DNA from: Tubiluchus corallicola
Taxonomy: Eukaryota > Animalia > Priapulida
DNA: 64,000 bases
Direction of reading: 5' to 3'
Assembly (NCBI GenBank): GCA_030141605.1
Contig: JAQGDQ010000053.1
Span: forward strand, 186,001-250,000
The notes beneath the pieces are model-generated. The model was given only the letters and a program-made list of their open reading frames with translations. It searched no databases and had not been told where the DNA came from. Below are positions 50,836 through 64,000 of the stretch, piece by piece. Position numbers and translations under genes: made by a program. Each line of letters opens with the position of its first letter. The first letter of the stretch is position 1.

Positions 50836-52549
50836 GAAAGATTTGACCACTATCGATCGGGGTAGCCTCGTTTCTCAGAAGTTTTTTTTAGTCAGAAAAT
50901 TTTTTCCCCGAAAAAAAGCTTCATAGAAAACTTTTTTGTCAGAAAAATTTACTTCCCAAAAAAATTTGCAGAAAAGCCATTTCCCAGAAAACAAAATTCT
51001 CAGAAAATGTAATATTTTTAAGCGCAGCTAAACGACGCGAAGTCAAAAGTAGTTTATTTTAACTAAGTGTACCTATTACAAAAATTACTATAGAAAAATT
51101 TGGTCAACAAGAAAGTAGATATGTAAAGTAAGAACAATAAAATAGCGAATCATGTTGATTTTTGTTTAATATTATGATGATATTAATGGGCTAATAATAA
51201 TAATGATATTATTGTAAAAAATACATTTGTAAATTGTCAAGGGCTATCCATCGTTATTATGAAGTTGCTTTTTTGTAAAACAAATTTAGTTTTATGTATT
51301 ATTATGTCATACTTCTCGATTTTCGACAGAAATCGCCAGTGCCCTACTTGGGCTGCCCATGTACGACACTGCTTTTAAGCAACGGAAGTGTCCTACTTCG
51401 GTTAGTGGCGTACTCGGCGCCCTACAATAATAACGCATAAATACACAAAAGCAATACTAAACTAGAAAGTGTGGAACTATTTCGTATTCTCAATAAGCTC
51501 AAACCCAGACTTTACAGTTATGCTAACCGCTATACCACAGGGGCACCATACTTTTCAGACTAAAATTTACTCTGTAAGGGGTATGGTGTTACTAAGGGTC
51601 TATCATAATGTCAAAAAACGCATAATTAGAAGTACAATGAGAGAGGGGGTATTGACTATTGTGAGAGAGAAGGGACATCGAGATCGAAAGAGCGAGAGAG
51701 AGGGGGAGTGTAGGGATAGTGTCCTTCTTCGTGAAGAGCTGCACATTGTGAAATAGCGTTTTGAATATTAACCACAGAGTTAGAGAACCCAGTTAGTACC
51801 CAAACTAACATGAATCATACAGTCTTTTAATCATAACGTCTTTATTGATATAAGTATAAAGTATCCATTTATAACATCAGAGATAGAATTCTGGTACATG
51901 TAATATACTGCAGCATTTTCCTTAGTTGTGGTTCGATGACCTACATTGCTTCTGAATCACACAACACCCACCCATGCATTTGTGAATGTGGTTTCAAAAC
52001 TGAAAAGTTAATTTTTCATACAGTCAGATCCAAAAAACAAGTCTGCACTCCACACGTCTCCTCCAACCCATAACTGTAAGACCGGAACTGTCAGTTGCTA
52101 AATGTCAGTATACTTGTTTCATTTGTTGCCGGTATTTTATTTCTTCAACTAGCATGTACTTTTTACTATTATTACAATAAAAAATATATAAAAAGCATCT
52201 ACACCAAAATGTAAAGTAGAAGTACATATACTATTTGTACCGAATTATTATTAATTACACACATCCAAGTCTCTACAATTTTTATAGCACGTAACAGAAA
52301 AAATTCTAACATGGTACAGTAAGACTATCGCACAAAGTTAAACAAATAAATTTCCATTCAATGTCATAAAATGAATGAGTACATAATATAAGTATACTAA
52401 CTCATAACAACACGTATTTGGTGTTTTCACAGATGCACATAACAAAACACTAAATTTTACTTCGATGTGTTATCGACCTTGTGTCTAAAAATATCCTTGT
52501 TTTAGAAATCAAGGGTAAAAGAAAGAACCTCAACAAAGTTTATATTTTA

Positions 52550-55500
52550 CTAAGCAGTAAAATAAGCTGCTGCGTTAAGCACAGTACATTTTCCAAATGC
52601 ACAGTTTTTGCCAAAATTGTCCCTTCTGCCTTTTAGCAATGTAATTAAGTTGTGTGGAAGTTCATCCCAATAAAGAGGGAGGTTGTTGCAAAATTTTTCT
52701 TCAGCATATTTTACGCATAAGCGCAACAAAGAAGGGGGCTGGTGCCAGTATACCAGTATCTCATTTGTGTGACCCTGAAAAATAAATTCAGCAATTAGCT
52801 TTTCTTCATTGCATTACAGGTAAAGGGAAAATTGGTTTTCTTCACACAAAGTTTAAATGAAAAATGACTAAAAAATTTTGTGCAGAGTGATCGATGGTGT
52901 GAAAAGTTCATCTTTGGAAGAAGTAACTTTGAAACTGCAAGGCTGAAAGTATGTAGAAAGCGCAGCTGCAAAAATTAATGAGATTCAATGAATCTCAATT
53001 TAAAGTTTAAATCAGGCCTTTTAAGTAAAATTCATCGCAATAATAAAAATATCAAGTTGTCTGATATCTTGAGTCACTTTTGTTTAATCATAAAGATCAA
53101 ATGATTGCTATGCGAGCCTCTCAATTTCACCTCATTTAACAGCCCAAAATTTCATTATTGATTATTAGCAATTCTCTGATTATTAGCAATTAAAAAGTGC
53201 CACTTAAATATCCCCTTCCAAGAGTTGAAATTGCCCAATCAACCGACTTTTTTGAATACTTTGAGCAATAAAAAGAAGTGTATTTAAATACTTTAATAAA
53301 AGTGTACATCTGCTACCTTCCTTTGTAATAAAAACATCAAAGTGCATTTCGGCAACACCCTACATAAATGACAGCTAATGTGAATTCAGTGAATGTGAAT
53401 CCATTTAATGTGAATTCAGTGCTACAGTTGTTAATTTAGGTGGGTATATTAACAAAAAGGTTTAACTTCATATGAGTTGGTGCTGAGGAAGGCAGTACTG
53501 CCATCCCCTGAATTTCTTAATTACATGTATAAGTAAGCCTATATAATGTAGCATTGAGTTAATAGGTCGAGTTAAACATTGTTTTACTAAAGAACATCTT
53601 ATCACACTTTATAATTGTCTAGTGCTGTCATGCTTAACCTACTATAATATACTTTGGGGGCACACCTACCCTTCATCTCTACTTAAATTAAACTTCATAA
53701 GACAGATAGCTAATATGAATAAGCGTGAACATGTAGGTCTTAATATTTTTAAGAACTATTCTATCCTAGTGCTAAATGATCTAATAAATCTGAATACCAC
53801 TATTTACATATACAAAACCAAACATAAACTACTTCTCGCTTCCTTTTTAAACCCATTATCTACTAACATAAGACATTACTCAACAAGATTTAATGAATTT
53901 CTTATTAAGTATTGCAGGACTGATGTGGCAAGGCACTTCATCACTAACACTGGCCCTAGACTTTGGAATAAAATCAACGAATACATAAAAAATTCTTTAT
54001 CTATAAATAACTTCAAAAGAAATTTTAAAAGTGAAATCTTTTCTAATTATATAGAATAAATCAATTTGACTAATTACGCTGCTGTCCCTATCAGAATCTA
54101 TCGCGTTGCTGGTAATGTCGATTTTTACATTTCATAGTTCGCGTTATTTCATACAGATACCATCACATCTTTCTCTCTCTTTCTATTCTCTATTAACTTT
54201 TCTTTTCTACTCCTTTACTGCTTTTTCTACTACACTCAATCTACATTCATTTGGGGTGCTCTGAACAAGTAATTACTTCTTGAATACACCATGGGTCATT
54301 TGCAGCTTGGCATCTTGTGTACATAATAATAAATATGTTATTAAATTCTTCTATGTGCTACGCTGTAATGATCGTTGTGGATATATTTAATAAATAAATA
54401 AATAAAATAAAAATAAATAAATAAATTACCACCTATACCACTGCGTTATTTTAACAATTTCCCTAATATACAGTTTTAAAAGTTGTTGCCATAACACATC
54501 GGGGCACAAGTAATGAAGCATATACAATACATGAATCCTTTTAATACAGTGACATGTGTGGTATCAACATCATGAATTATTTCTACATGTAACAAACAAG
54601 CTTGTCAAAAACGAAGGAATGCATAAATATAATTAACATACAAATAACTGAATTATAGAATGCATTAATGAATAACTGAATAACTAAATAGAATGGAGAA
54701 ATGAATGAATGAATGAATAGAAAAACAAAGGAATGAATAAACCTGTGTGTGAATATAAAATAAGAAGCTAAATCAGTGAATAAATGACACAATCAATCGA
54801 TAACAAATGGATCAATGCCAGAATAAATGTTGGACAAATGAAAATATCAAGCAAGATATGTAAACTAAATTCTCACGCAATCCTGTTCATGGTTAAGAAT
54901 GTCTCCTTGACAGCCACCAAATATAAGCACTTCATTGTTGTTACTAAGCACTGCAGTGTGCCATAAGCGAGGATGATTGCCAGGAATATCTATTTCTGTC
55001 CACAACAACGTCTGTGTATCAAGAATCCAAGCATCACCTGTTTAGTCAATGAAAAATATAACAGTGCTACATAGTAGAACAAAATCATCCGCAGTCAATT
55101 TTACCTATTAGTAAAAACACATTGTTAAACTGTGTGACTTTATGACTAGATTCACAGGTACTGCACAGCTACTACCAAATCACCAACTTCAATTCATTAA
55201 ATAAACTATAATGTTTGAAAAGACAATAGGACTTTGTCCCCTTCATGAAATCTCCATTAGTTTTTCTATTCTCTCTACCTATTCTGTTAGAATATGATTT
55301 CAGGGGCCTGAATAAAAAAATCAGCCCAAACAGGATTGGTACCTTTGAGATGTTTGCATAAATCCAAGATGGCTTCTACTGAGTCCAAAAATCTTACATT
55401 TCTTAAATCTCTCAGCTTAGATGAAAAAACGTATTAGTGAGAGGAACGTACATCAGAGAATTCCAAAAATATTGCCATTTTTCAATTATGCGATAAGGGT

Positions 55501-58500
55501 CATGTGATAAGGGAACACCATTATCATATTATTGAGAGCATCACTGCTTCTTACTTTACTTTTGTGCGCTTGGTGGCAGTAGAATATAATTCTGTTTGTG
55601 TCATTGCTGTTTTTGTAATGAACTGCAGATATATAATGTGCATCAATTTGTCCACCCGCATGAATTTAATCAATACAAAGTCGTGGAAATGAAGTAGATG
55701 GACACTGACAAAATGTAAAATCAGTATGTAACTGATATTGAATGCTGTTGCAATTAGTGAAATTAAAAGATTAATTCCACTGTCCCATTTTCGATAACAA
55801 CAAAGCCAGTAATGTTCTTATTACACCATAATAGTTTTTTGGAATCATCTGATACATTTTTTACTGGTGCATATTTTTCACCTAGGCAGGGCTTTAGGAA
55901 ATATAACAAATTTTTGGCTCCATTAGGTGTCATCTTGGATTTGTGCATATATCTCAAAAGTACTAATCCTAATTTTGGCTAACTTTTGTTGAGGGTATCT
56001 GAAATCATATTCTAACAGAATCCGAACAGAAATTTTTTTTGCAATTTGTTCTAGGTTACTAGTCATCTTTATCCTCCTAAATGCCTGAAAAAGCAACAAG
56101 CACAAAAATCAACTACAAACTTACTTAAAGGGGTTCGATCTTGTGTATAACCTCCATAAAGGAATAAATATCGATCTGAGATTGCAGTTAGTGAGTGCCA
56201 TGTTCTCCCACAAGGCCAACGCCCTCTAGGAGATATTCTGAAACCAGAATCAGAATTTCTTTTTACTTTACAGTTAAATTAGACCCAAAGGCTTACTTCA
56301 TACTTTAGGTAATCATTCACTTTGTAAACTCATTTTCAAGCAAAAGCTTGGTTAGATCAAAGAGTTCCCCTTAGCATTGTGCAGGATAAAGCTTTACCTG
56401 ATTTACTGGTACTGCGTTAGCATTAGGCAACTGAATTTAAAAATACTTGCAGTTTGTAAAAATTATATGTGTAAATAAGAGCAAATTATATATTAAGTTG
56501 AAATCTAGGAATACAAAAATTCGACTATTAAGATTCTAGAATTACCGAACTTAGCTACAAGGAAAAGTTATACATGTTTGCAACATAATATGTGAAAGCC
56601 TTTTGCACAAATCTAAACTCTTAACTACGGTGTTGGACAAATAACATAGCAGTATTAGCGGCACAATTGTAGTTAGATACATATTTCTGTAGAGTTAATA
56701 CAGCGCTATTTTATACTTAACAGCAGAAAACAGTTATAGCACAGTAATTTAATTTATTACTCTATCCATCTATTCCAAGAATGCGAGGTTTACAATGAAC
56801 TTGCTCTAGCACCAAATATGTGCATAGTGCATTATAATGATGTTATCCACCAGGTTAATTATGGCTAGTTCAGTTCTGATAAAAAGCAACAGGTACAACT
56901 TTCTTATATTGTAATAACGAATAAAAATGAATATGAAAAAAAGATGTAAAATTTCTCTTGCACTTTAACGCATTTAGAACATTTTTGTTTGTTTTTCCTA
57001 AATTATGTATATTCATAATTAACAGACAGCTATCTATAAAACCTTGATTGCACTACAAAATAGCAAAGCAGGACTCACAATATTTTAACTTTTTTATAAC
57101 TAGATAATTTTCCAAGTACTAGTTAGATTTTCACAATCTCACAAGTAGCTGTAGCTGTAGAAAACGTCTTTTTAAAAAAAGCAATTTGTAGCTGCAGTTA
57201 GTTAGTTCTTTCCAGAGGTAGTTGTAACTGTAGCCACTACTTTTTATTGTAGCTTACCCAACACTAATTATAGTTACTATAACCTCATACCTGCCACTCC
57301 AGGATTTTTTTGAAAGATCAAGGTAGTGCAGTTCATCAGTGCGTGTATCACAATGACGGCCACCGAAAAGCCATACTTTATCACCAGTTTTAGTCATAGC
57401 ATGTGCAGCTCTTGGAGATGGAGGCTCACCCTAAAAAGCATTGCTAAACTTTGAAGAAATATCAAATGTTTTTAGAAACATAGTCTAGGTTTGGAATTTC
57501 CAGAAACAAACCTCCAGTTTAAAATGCACCGTGCTTTTAACATTTTGTTAAATGGCATGTTACAAGGGAAGAGCCTTGTAGAGTCATTCTAGAAACGTCG
57601 GGCCCAATTTAGGAACCCATTATTAAATCTTTGCAGCTAGATCTAATGAGCATTTTAAGCTGTCACAAATACTTCCAAACATTACTTACAACACTGTAAA
57701 GCCCAGGGTACAGGTACATGACGTACATTTGGACAGCTTGGAAGACCTCTCCTGATGACAATAAGTCTCCTTTCTTACCCCCAAATTATGCTTCTTTGAC
57801 TAATCCTAGTCTTATGATTTAAATTCACAGTGTTCCTTGATACACGATGATTATTATACGAGAAAATAGACATAGACGCTTGTCCTCTTCAGATTGCACA
57901 TTTTTATTCAATATATAAACTGCAAGAATGATAATACCTTGTTCTACTAACAATTGCTTAATGACATTATATAAAGTCTACAATAAACACAGTGTATGTA
58001 CTATCTGAGTACATATAAAACTTAACCAGTAACATGCATAGTTCACAAGTTGACTATGATGGTGAATATGTTACATACAGGGCTACATCAAAAGACTAAA
58101 ATGTGGTCTCATAGTTGCTCGAGTCACAGAACTAAAAGAGAGTAACTAACTTGGGTGCCCATAAGGATTCGTTCTGCAGGGGCCCAATTTAGGGAAATAG
58201 GTTAGATCTTCTAAAACAAGCTCTGGAGCAATAAAAAGCATTCCAAGAACAATATCAAAAGAAAGTTAAAGCAAATTGCACCTGATTTAGCTTTGGACCT
58301 ATTTTAAGCAAGACAACATGCTAATTAAACAAACACTAAAATATCAGTAAAAATCCTCAAGATCACATAGTTTGTTACAAACAAAACTGAATTAAGATAC
58401 TGGGTTTTTCATTCTTATTCCTTTGTCATGTTGTCAAGTTATTTAACAAACTCTAGTTGTAGCAGTGAGAAAGCAGGTGTTCTCACTTCCAATTTAAACA

Positions 58501-61500
58501 ACATTGCCACATTGTTGTTATGGTAATTTAGATATCTGAAAAACTCTAGATCTAGTCACCACTAGTGTGACCATATAAAATAACAGAATACATTATAGTA
58601 TTCTTAAGTACCTGGTATTTAGGGTTGCTCCATGAGTTATGTTTTGGATCAAAGACAAGAAGCTGGTTGTTCCAACCACGACTCTCACGATTCTGAAAAA
58701 AACATTAACAAAAATGCAGTATTGAATGGAAATCTGGTAGATTACAAAAGAAGAACTGTAAGTCCAATAAACAATTTGAAGTTATTTTTATCCACTAGCG
58801 CTAGTACCCCTTGACTCTGATTTTTTCCATTTTTCAATATGTACCTGTGGTAGGGGCCTTGAAAGTGGCATGGTGAACAGTGACCTCAAGGATTAAAGGT
58901 CAAGGATACTTGGCATAGATCAGTTTTTCAATTGCCATTTAACTCCTAGGGCTTTAAGTTAAATTCAATTTTTTTTCACAGGTACTTAAGTAATGAAGGG
59001 CACATATGTACCTGGACTTTTAAAAAGCTGGAATTCTTTAAGGAACCAGAGACAGTCCTAAAATGCATAACATTGAGTAACCCTAAATCTGTAGTAACTA
59101 GAGTCAGGAACCTTGCAGGAAAGATAGTTGGCAACTGGGGTAGGGACACGGTCAGGTGCAAACACAGTCACGGCATTACACTCGTGGATTTTTGGACTAA
59201 ATGCATTCAGTCATCTTTAAAACAGATCGCTCACTTACTTGCATTATAAAAAACTTCATTGGTCGAACCCTTAATTTGCCAAATTAAGCTACAGGCGAAT
59301 CTTTCATTTTAGAAGCGAGTTGATGCAGATCAAATGAAGAAATAAAAGATTGCTAGACGAACCAATTTAGAAACAGTGCTGAATCGGGATGAACCAAACA
59401 TTGTTTAACTTATGTCATTTTGAAAAATATACATAATTTGTGAGAGGATTTCTGTTTTTTCCCTCCTGATTAAGAATGCTATTGCCAGTTCTCAACTTCT
59501 TTAAGGCAGAATGTTGAATGTATCAGAGTAATGTACATGAGTGGCAAATCTTTTCCGTGTTGTACTTTTCCAGCTGCACATGTTGTCGCATCAACAAGAA
59601 ATTTGGGTACTTAAATGGGGAATACCAAAATTAAGTTGTGCTTGAATAACTCACAATTATATTGCGAATACAAATATGTACCTTTTCTTCACGAAAATTT
59701 CATGTTTAAGAATCCTTGGCAAAAGTGCGGATAAAATTGTACACAAAACGAACATTTGACTAGCCCGCCAATGAGCATGGATCTGCACCTGTGCCTCTGG
59801 TGGTGAAAATTACCGTATTACAGATGAAACGTGGCAAAATGCCTAAGGGGAGAGCGAGTTGTTTATATCAACAAGCAGCGTCAGCAGCATACAGTACTTT
59901 TACACAGATTATACCTAGTATCATGGTAAAGATTAGCTTATTGTGGACTGAATGTGTGATTTGCTCGGTTTAGATCATCGTGATTGTTCTTATTGAAAAA
60001 CAACTGTGGAACGTGTTACACCTAGGATTCAGCAATTAGACGGAAAGTGTCGAAATACGAAGTCAGCAACAGAAAATTATTGAAGCAATGAAAGCACAAT
60101 CTATAAATTCCTCTTACAAACTGTGTGATAATTTCTTGGCTGTTTGCTTTGAAACATGAGTTCAGAACATGATGAACTCTAGTGTTAAAAATATTGTGCT
60201 TACACTTTGGACAGATTTGGTCAGATGCAGTTTTTTGTAGTGTCCTTTTCAATTTGTTTCATTTTAAGTGCATAGTTTATCGATGCAGTTTAGTCATCTC
60301 GAGATTTGTATAATTTTCAATAAAAATATCACAATTACATTACGAAATGCAATTTTTGTGCTAAAATTTTATTTATGATGCTTCTTCCAAAATTTTGAAT
60401 ATTAACTAAATATTGTAAAAAAAATATTGGAAAACACATTGTAAATCGTAAATTGACAACTGCAAATTGTTAATCCTTATCAACATAAACAATGAGAATA
60501 TTTGGTAATTTGTGTAGCACAAAGAGCGTTCTACTAGATTATTTTGTACTACATATACTTTTTCAACTTTGCAATAGAATGAGTGTCAAAATAACCTTGC
60601 TTGAAATAACACAATCAATAATTATTCTGTGAGTGAACCACATTATATCGTTACCTTTTTATTTTGTAAAAGTGGATAATAATTATGTTAATAACAAATG
60701 TATTATCATCTTTAATTTTTATTTCAGTCCAACTGACCACAAGAATTTTATTTAATCCTAATATTTTAATAATACTGCTGCGTAAAAATGAACACAACAT
60801 ATTGTTATCACATAAAAACAAAATCTAAAGAACAACAGTTAAAGTTCTGGTTGATATTAAAAGTCTTACTGATTTAACTGACTGAAACACGACAAAGTTA
60901 AAAATGCTCATATATATGTTTAATCACTAATTCTACAGCTAATATGTTATAGGCTGTGTCTATGGGGTTCACATATTTTTTTGTCAAATCCGATAAAATG
61001 AAGCTGTCACTAAAAATTGTCACACTAGCATTATAATTATGCTTCAGCGAGTTTCTTTGCATTTACAAATTCATAAATTCCTCTAGCAGAATGACGTTAC
61101 TTTGTCAGACTTGTTTTACAAGAAAAAAACTTTTGTTACCAAGGCCCACACTTTTGCAGCTTGTATTGCTTAAGATGTTTTCAATTAATACCGCAAGAAT
61201 TTTCACAATATGCTGTAGGTCTACTTTTGCGCAATGACTGTTTACACATCTATTAGAATATATAATATACTATAATGGACCTATAACTTTCGACGGTAGT
61301 AAAATATATCGCTTGTTAGAATTTGATTAAAACATGCGATGACAGCAACAACAATCATTTCTATCAGTTTACTACCTATCTGGCCCAAGGTCAATACTGT
61401 AATGTAGTAATAACAACTTTATTCTTAGCCCAGTTGCATACCACAGTATCACAATAAGCTGGGTGTACACTCACTCTGCTACGTCATCAACAGAGCTGCG

Positions 61501-63097
61501 CTAGTTCAATTTTTTTCACCGGGAGAGGCGTAAGTGCAGCTCCATGGCATTTCCCGCGAGATACAATAAAGTTAATTACTCATTAATTAGACAACGTACT
61601 GCTAAAAAATTTTGCCAAGTTGTTCACGGGAAGGCAACTATAAAATAAGTTTAACTTGATTTTCATTATAGTCCTCCTTTAATATGATCATTAGTTTTTA
61701 GGTTTCCTTACTGTGGATTGAATAGGATTTTCTTCGGAGAATTTAACTTATGTTTGCAACAAAAGTAAATCGTTAATTAATGAACTAAGTCTGCAAAGCT
61801 TCATAACATAAAAGCTGTGAGTCCTACCAAGTTAAACAGGAGTGCTAAAAGTATTATTACCCAGCCAAATCAAACGTTGACTCGGCTTGATCCCTCATTC
61901 CGAAGGGTTCACCTATCACCACCTTTAAGCCAAATGCTATTTTCTAGGCTGTCAAAATTTCAAGCAAAAAAAACAACTTGATAGTTTAGAAAACACACAC
62001 ATCTAAAATTGGTTTTGGTTGGGGCGGACTATCTTCCTAAAATAATTATGAGCAGAATTTAACAATGTACAACAATATACATGGTAATTTGACAAACAAA
62101 GATAAAATTGTAAACTATAGAGGGTTTTAGAGCATAAACGGTGAACTGTTAAAAAGTTTTTATCTTACTGGAAGCTAAATCATCTAAGAATATACAAGAA
62201 CTATGAAAATCAATAAATGTTGTGACTTAGCCATTGGTGTGTGGCTGAATGGTCCTCAGAATATTTTCTGCTATTTCTTTTGTGGCACACCTCGGCTATG
62301 AAATTTCTGCATTCTGTAATCTGTTACCGTATTATGGAGCTGTTATGAATTTTATTGTCGTATGACTTTAACTGACTCTTCGTATTTTTATATATTCTTA
62401 AATGATTCTGTTTCTAATAAGGTAAAAAGTGTTTATTCACCTTTTGTGCAGTAAAAGTTACAATTTTGTTTTTGTTTGTCAAATAAACTATGTAAATTAC
62501 TGTAATGTTTAATTCTGGTATTTAATTATTTCAGCCCTGGCGATGGCCCATCTAAAACAGGCATGTATGAGTTCTGAATAAATTCTGCATTGTTTGCCAA
62601 ACATGGGAAAAGACTCTCCAGAATGTTTTGTAAATAATCATTTGAGGCACCCTGGTCTATAATTATATCATTACCACGCTATGAACCTACATCTAAATTT
62701 GGAATTTGTCCAACATTCCGCATTGACAGAAACCACAATATTTTGAAAATTTTCTCTAATAAAGTAAGATACAGTAAGCCAAGGTGCATTATATTTCATT
62801 TGACATGCATAAACTGATATGATTAAATATAATTTTTCTACCTGCAGTGTATCCTCATCCATTACAAATGTGCCATGTTCATATAACCAAACTCCACTGG
62901 ACTCTTGAATAGGAGGCCCAAAACCTCCAAAGAAAAATAACCTGCACAATATACACAACATAGAAATTAAAAACAAGCAACATTCATTTGCAGATAAAAC
63001 GTATTAGTTAAGTATAATATGTAAAGGCTTATACAATCTTCACTTACCTCTACAAGACCCTAATTGTAAAATAATTGTTAAAGAAGGGCAGTATAAT

Positions 63098-63141
<44 letters not shown>

Positions 63142-63536
63142 CAATCATCCTTTTTTTGATAACACCATAACTTTTGATCTCTAGGCTTGTGTGTATTTTA
63201 ACCATATTCCTTATTCAAGATGAGATTTTTTTGTTAACAAGCGGGCTAATAACAATTAACTCTAGTAATGAAAGACAACTGTAAACAAGTGAATTTATTA
63301 ACTGGAACCTTTCTTCGTGGCAAAATCCAGCAGCTTTGTCTCTCGGAGCAGGAACTTGGCCATTAGGAACAATTAACTGCCAAGTCATGGTCTTCAGATC
63401 AAGCTTGTGTAGTTCAGTATAAGAGTAAGAGCAGTACCCGGCATACAGATACAAGGACTTTCCCATAAGAACAGCACAAGCGCCAGATAAGCCTGGCGGG
63501 GTGTGTGGTGGATCACATTTCTGTTCTAAAGAGTGC
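52550..63536 (-). CDS. KLHDC2: Kelch domain-containing protein 2/1-like (CRL2 substrate receptor), last 7 coding exons; 5' part lies beyond or at the window end
   Basis: Phase-consistent exons 63536-63309, 62941-62842, 58692-58612, 57430-57291, 56237-56125, 55037-54877, 52774-52550. Motifs PPGLSGACAV, PAPRDK, LFFFGGFG, RGWNNQL, PSPRAAHA, FGGRHCDTR, GRTWHSLT, PRLWHTA, IFGGC, and BC/Cullin box QPPSLLRLC...WDELPHNL follow human KLHDC2 in order. It may be co-orthologous to KLHDC1 and KLHDC2. Confidence 0.85.
53555..54425 (+). mobile_element. 3' end of an L2/Crack-type LINE with (AATAA)n tail
   Basis: LITLYNCLVLSCLTYYNILWGHTY...HYSTR...GPRLWNKI...SINNFKRNFK, then a 3' UTR and taaataaataaataaaataaaataaataaataaa. 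Confidence 0.7.
55281..56021. mobile_element. Element with ~130-bp imperfect inverted ends (non-autonomous DNA transposon)
   Basis: Exact 23-bp inversion attctgttagaatatgatttcag / ctgaaatcatattctaacagaat, continuing inward (aaatccaagatgg / tcatcttggattt). Confidence 0.65.
63100..63139. repeat. (AT)n microsatellite
   Basis: About 20 AT units in a KLHDC2 intron. Confidence 0.9.
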
Positions 63537-64000
63537 CTAAAATGAAATCAACTGTGTTTGTACACAAAATTATGTACACAACTGCAAAGAGTAATCACAA
63601 TGGCTTTTAATGATTTCATTTTTTTACTTTTTCTAGACAACCCATTTGCTACAAATATGGCCACACTACATCACGAAAAACACTGTGTGCAATTTGCTGG
63701 CAAAAATGGTAAATGTTATAGACTAGTCACCTCAAGTTAATTCAGCAGTAGCTGTTAAGTCACTGCAGCCTTTCAACTGTTTATGTATGTACAGGAATTC
63801 ATTATTTATCGTAACATGTTTTAATAAACTGTTTATGTACTCACTTACTTACTCTTTAATAGTACGTTCAAACATAGAGACTTATCTTGCAAGTTTCTAC
63901 ATCTGAACGCACTATAACAGTTTTTAACGCATATGTGATTTCATATGAATAAAGGTTTTAAAGGCAATAATACCCAAATACTATGTTGTGTATTCAATCT

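Noticed and set aside
63849-63902. Possible further upstream KLHDC2 exon
   Set aside because: It has AG and GTAAGT signals, but the peptide shows no kelch similarity and cannot be verified at the window edge.

Overview
AT-rich, intron-rich eukaryotic (invertebrate animal) genomic DNA. Three spliced genes lie in tandem on the minus strand: the 3' part of a KLHDC1/2-type kelch substrate receptor (63536-52550), a complete 22-exon DNA2 nuclease-helicase (41637-13238, about 1686 aa, with a ~675-aa N-terminal extension and a PIP-box-like motif) and the first seven coding exons of UNC80 (10777-26). Introns and intergenic DNA are full of transposon debris (CR1, RTE and L2/Crack-type LINEs, hAT-type elements and MITEs, a tRNA-derived SINE). 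Two structures stand out. (1) A Gmr1-type Ty3/gypsy element in DNA2 intron 13 has LTR, tRNA-Leu PBS, SCAN-like gag, protease and truncated integrase. Its 3' half is replaced by an inverted 297-bp copy of its own LTR end, giving TGT...ACA terminal inverted repeats inside a 56-bp target duplication. (2) A ~740-840-bp inverted repeat brackets UNC80 exon 1 and its probable promoter, next to an intronic inversion that is evidenced by a split RTE copy. All coordinates and alignments were read by eye; no database searches were run.
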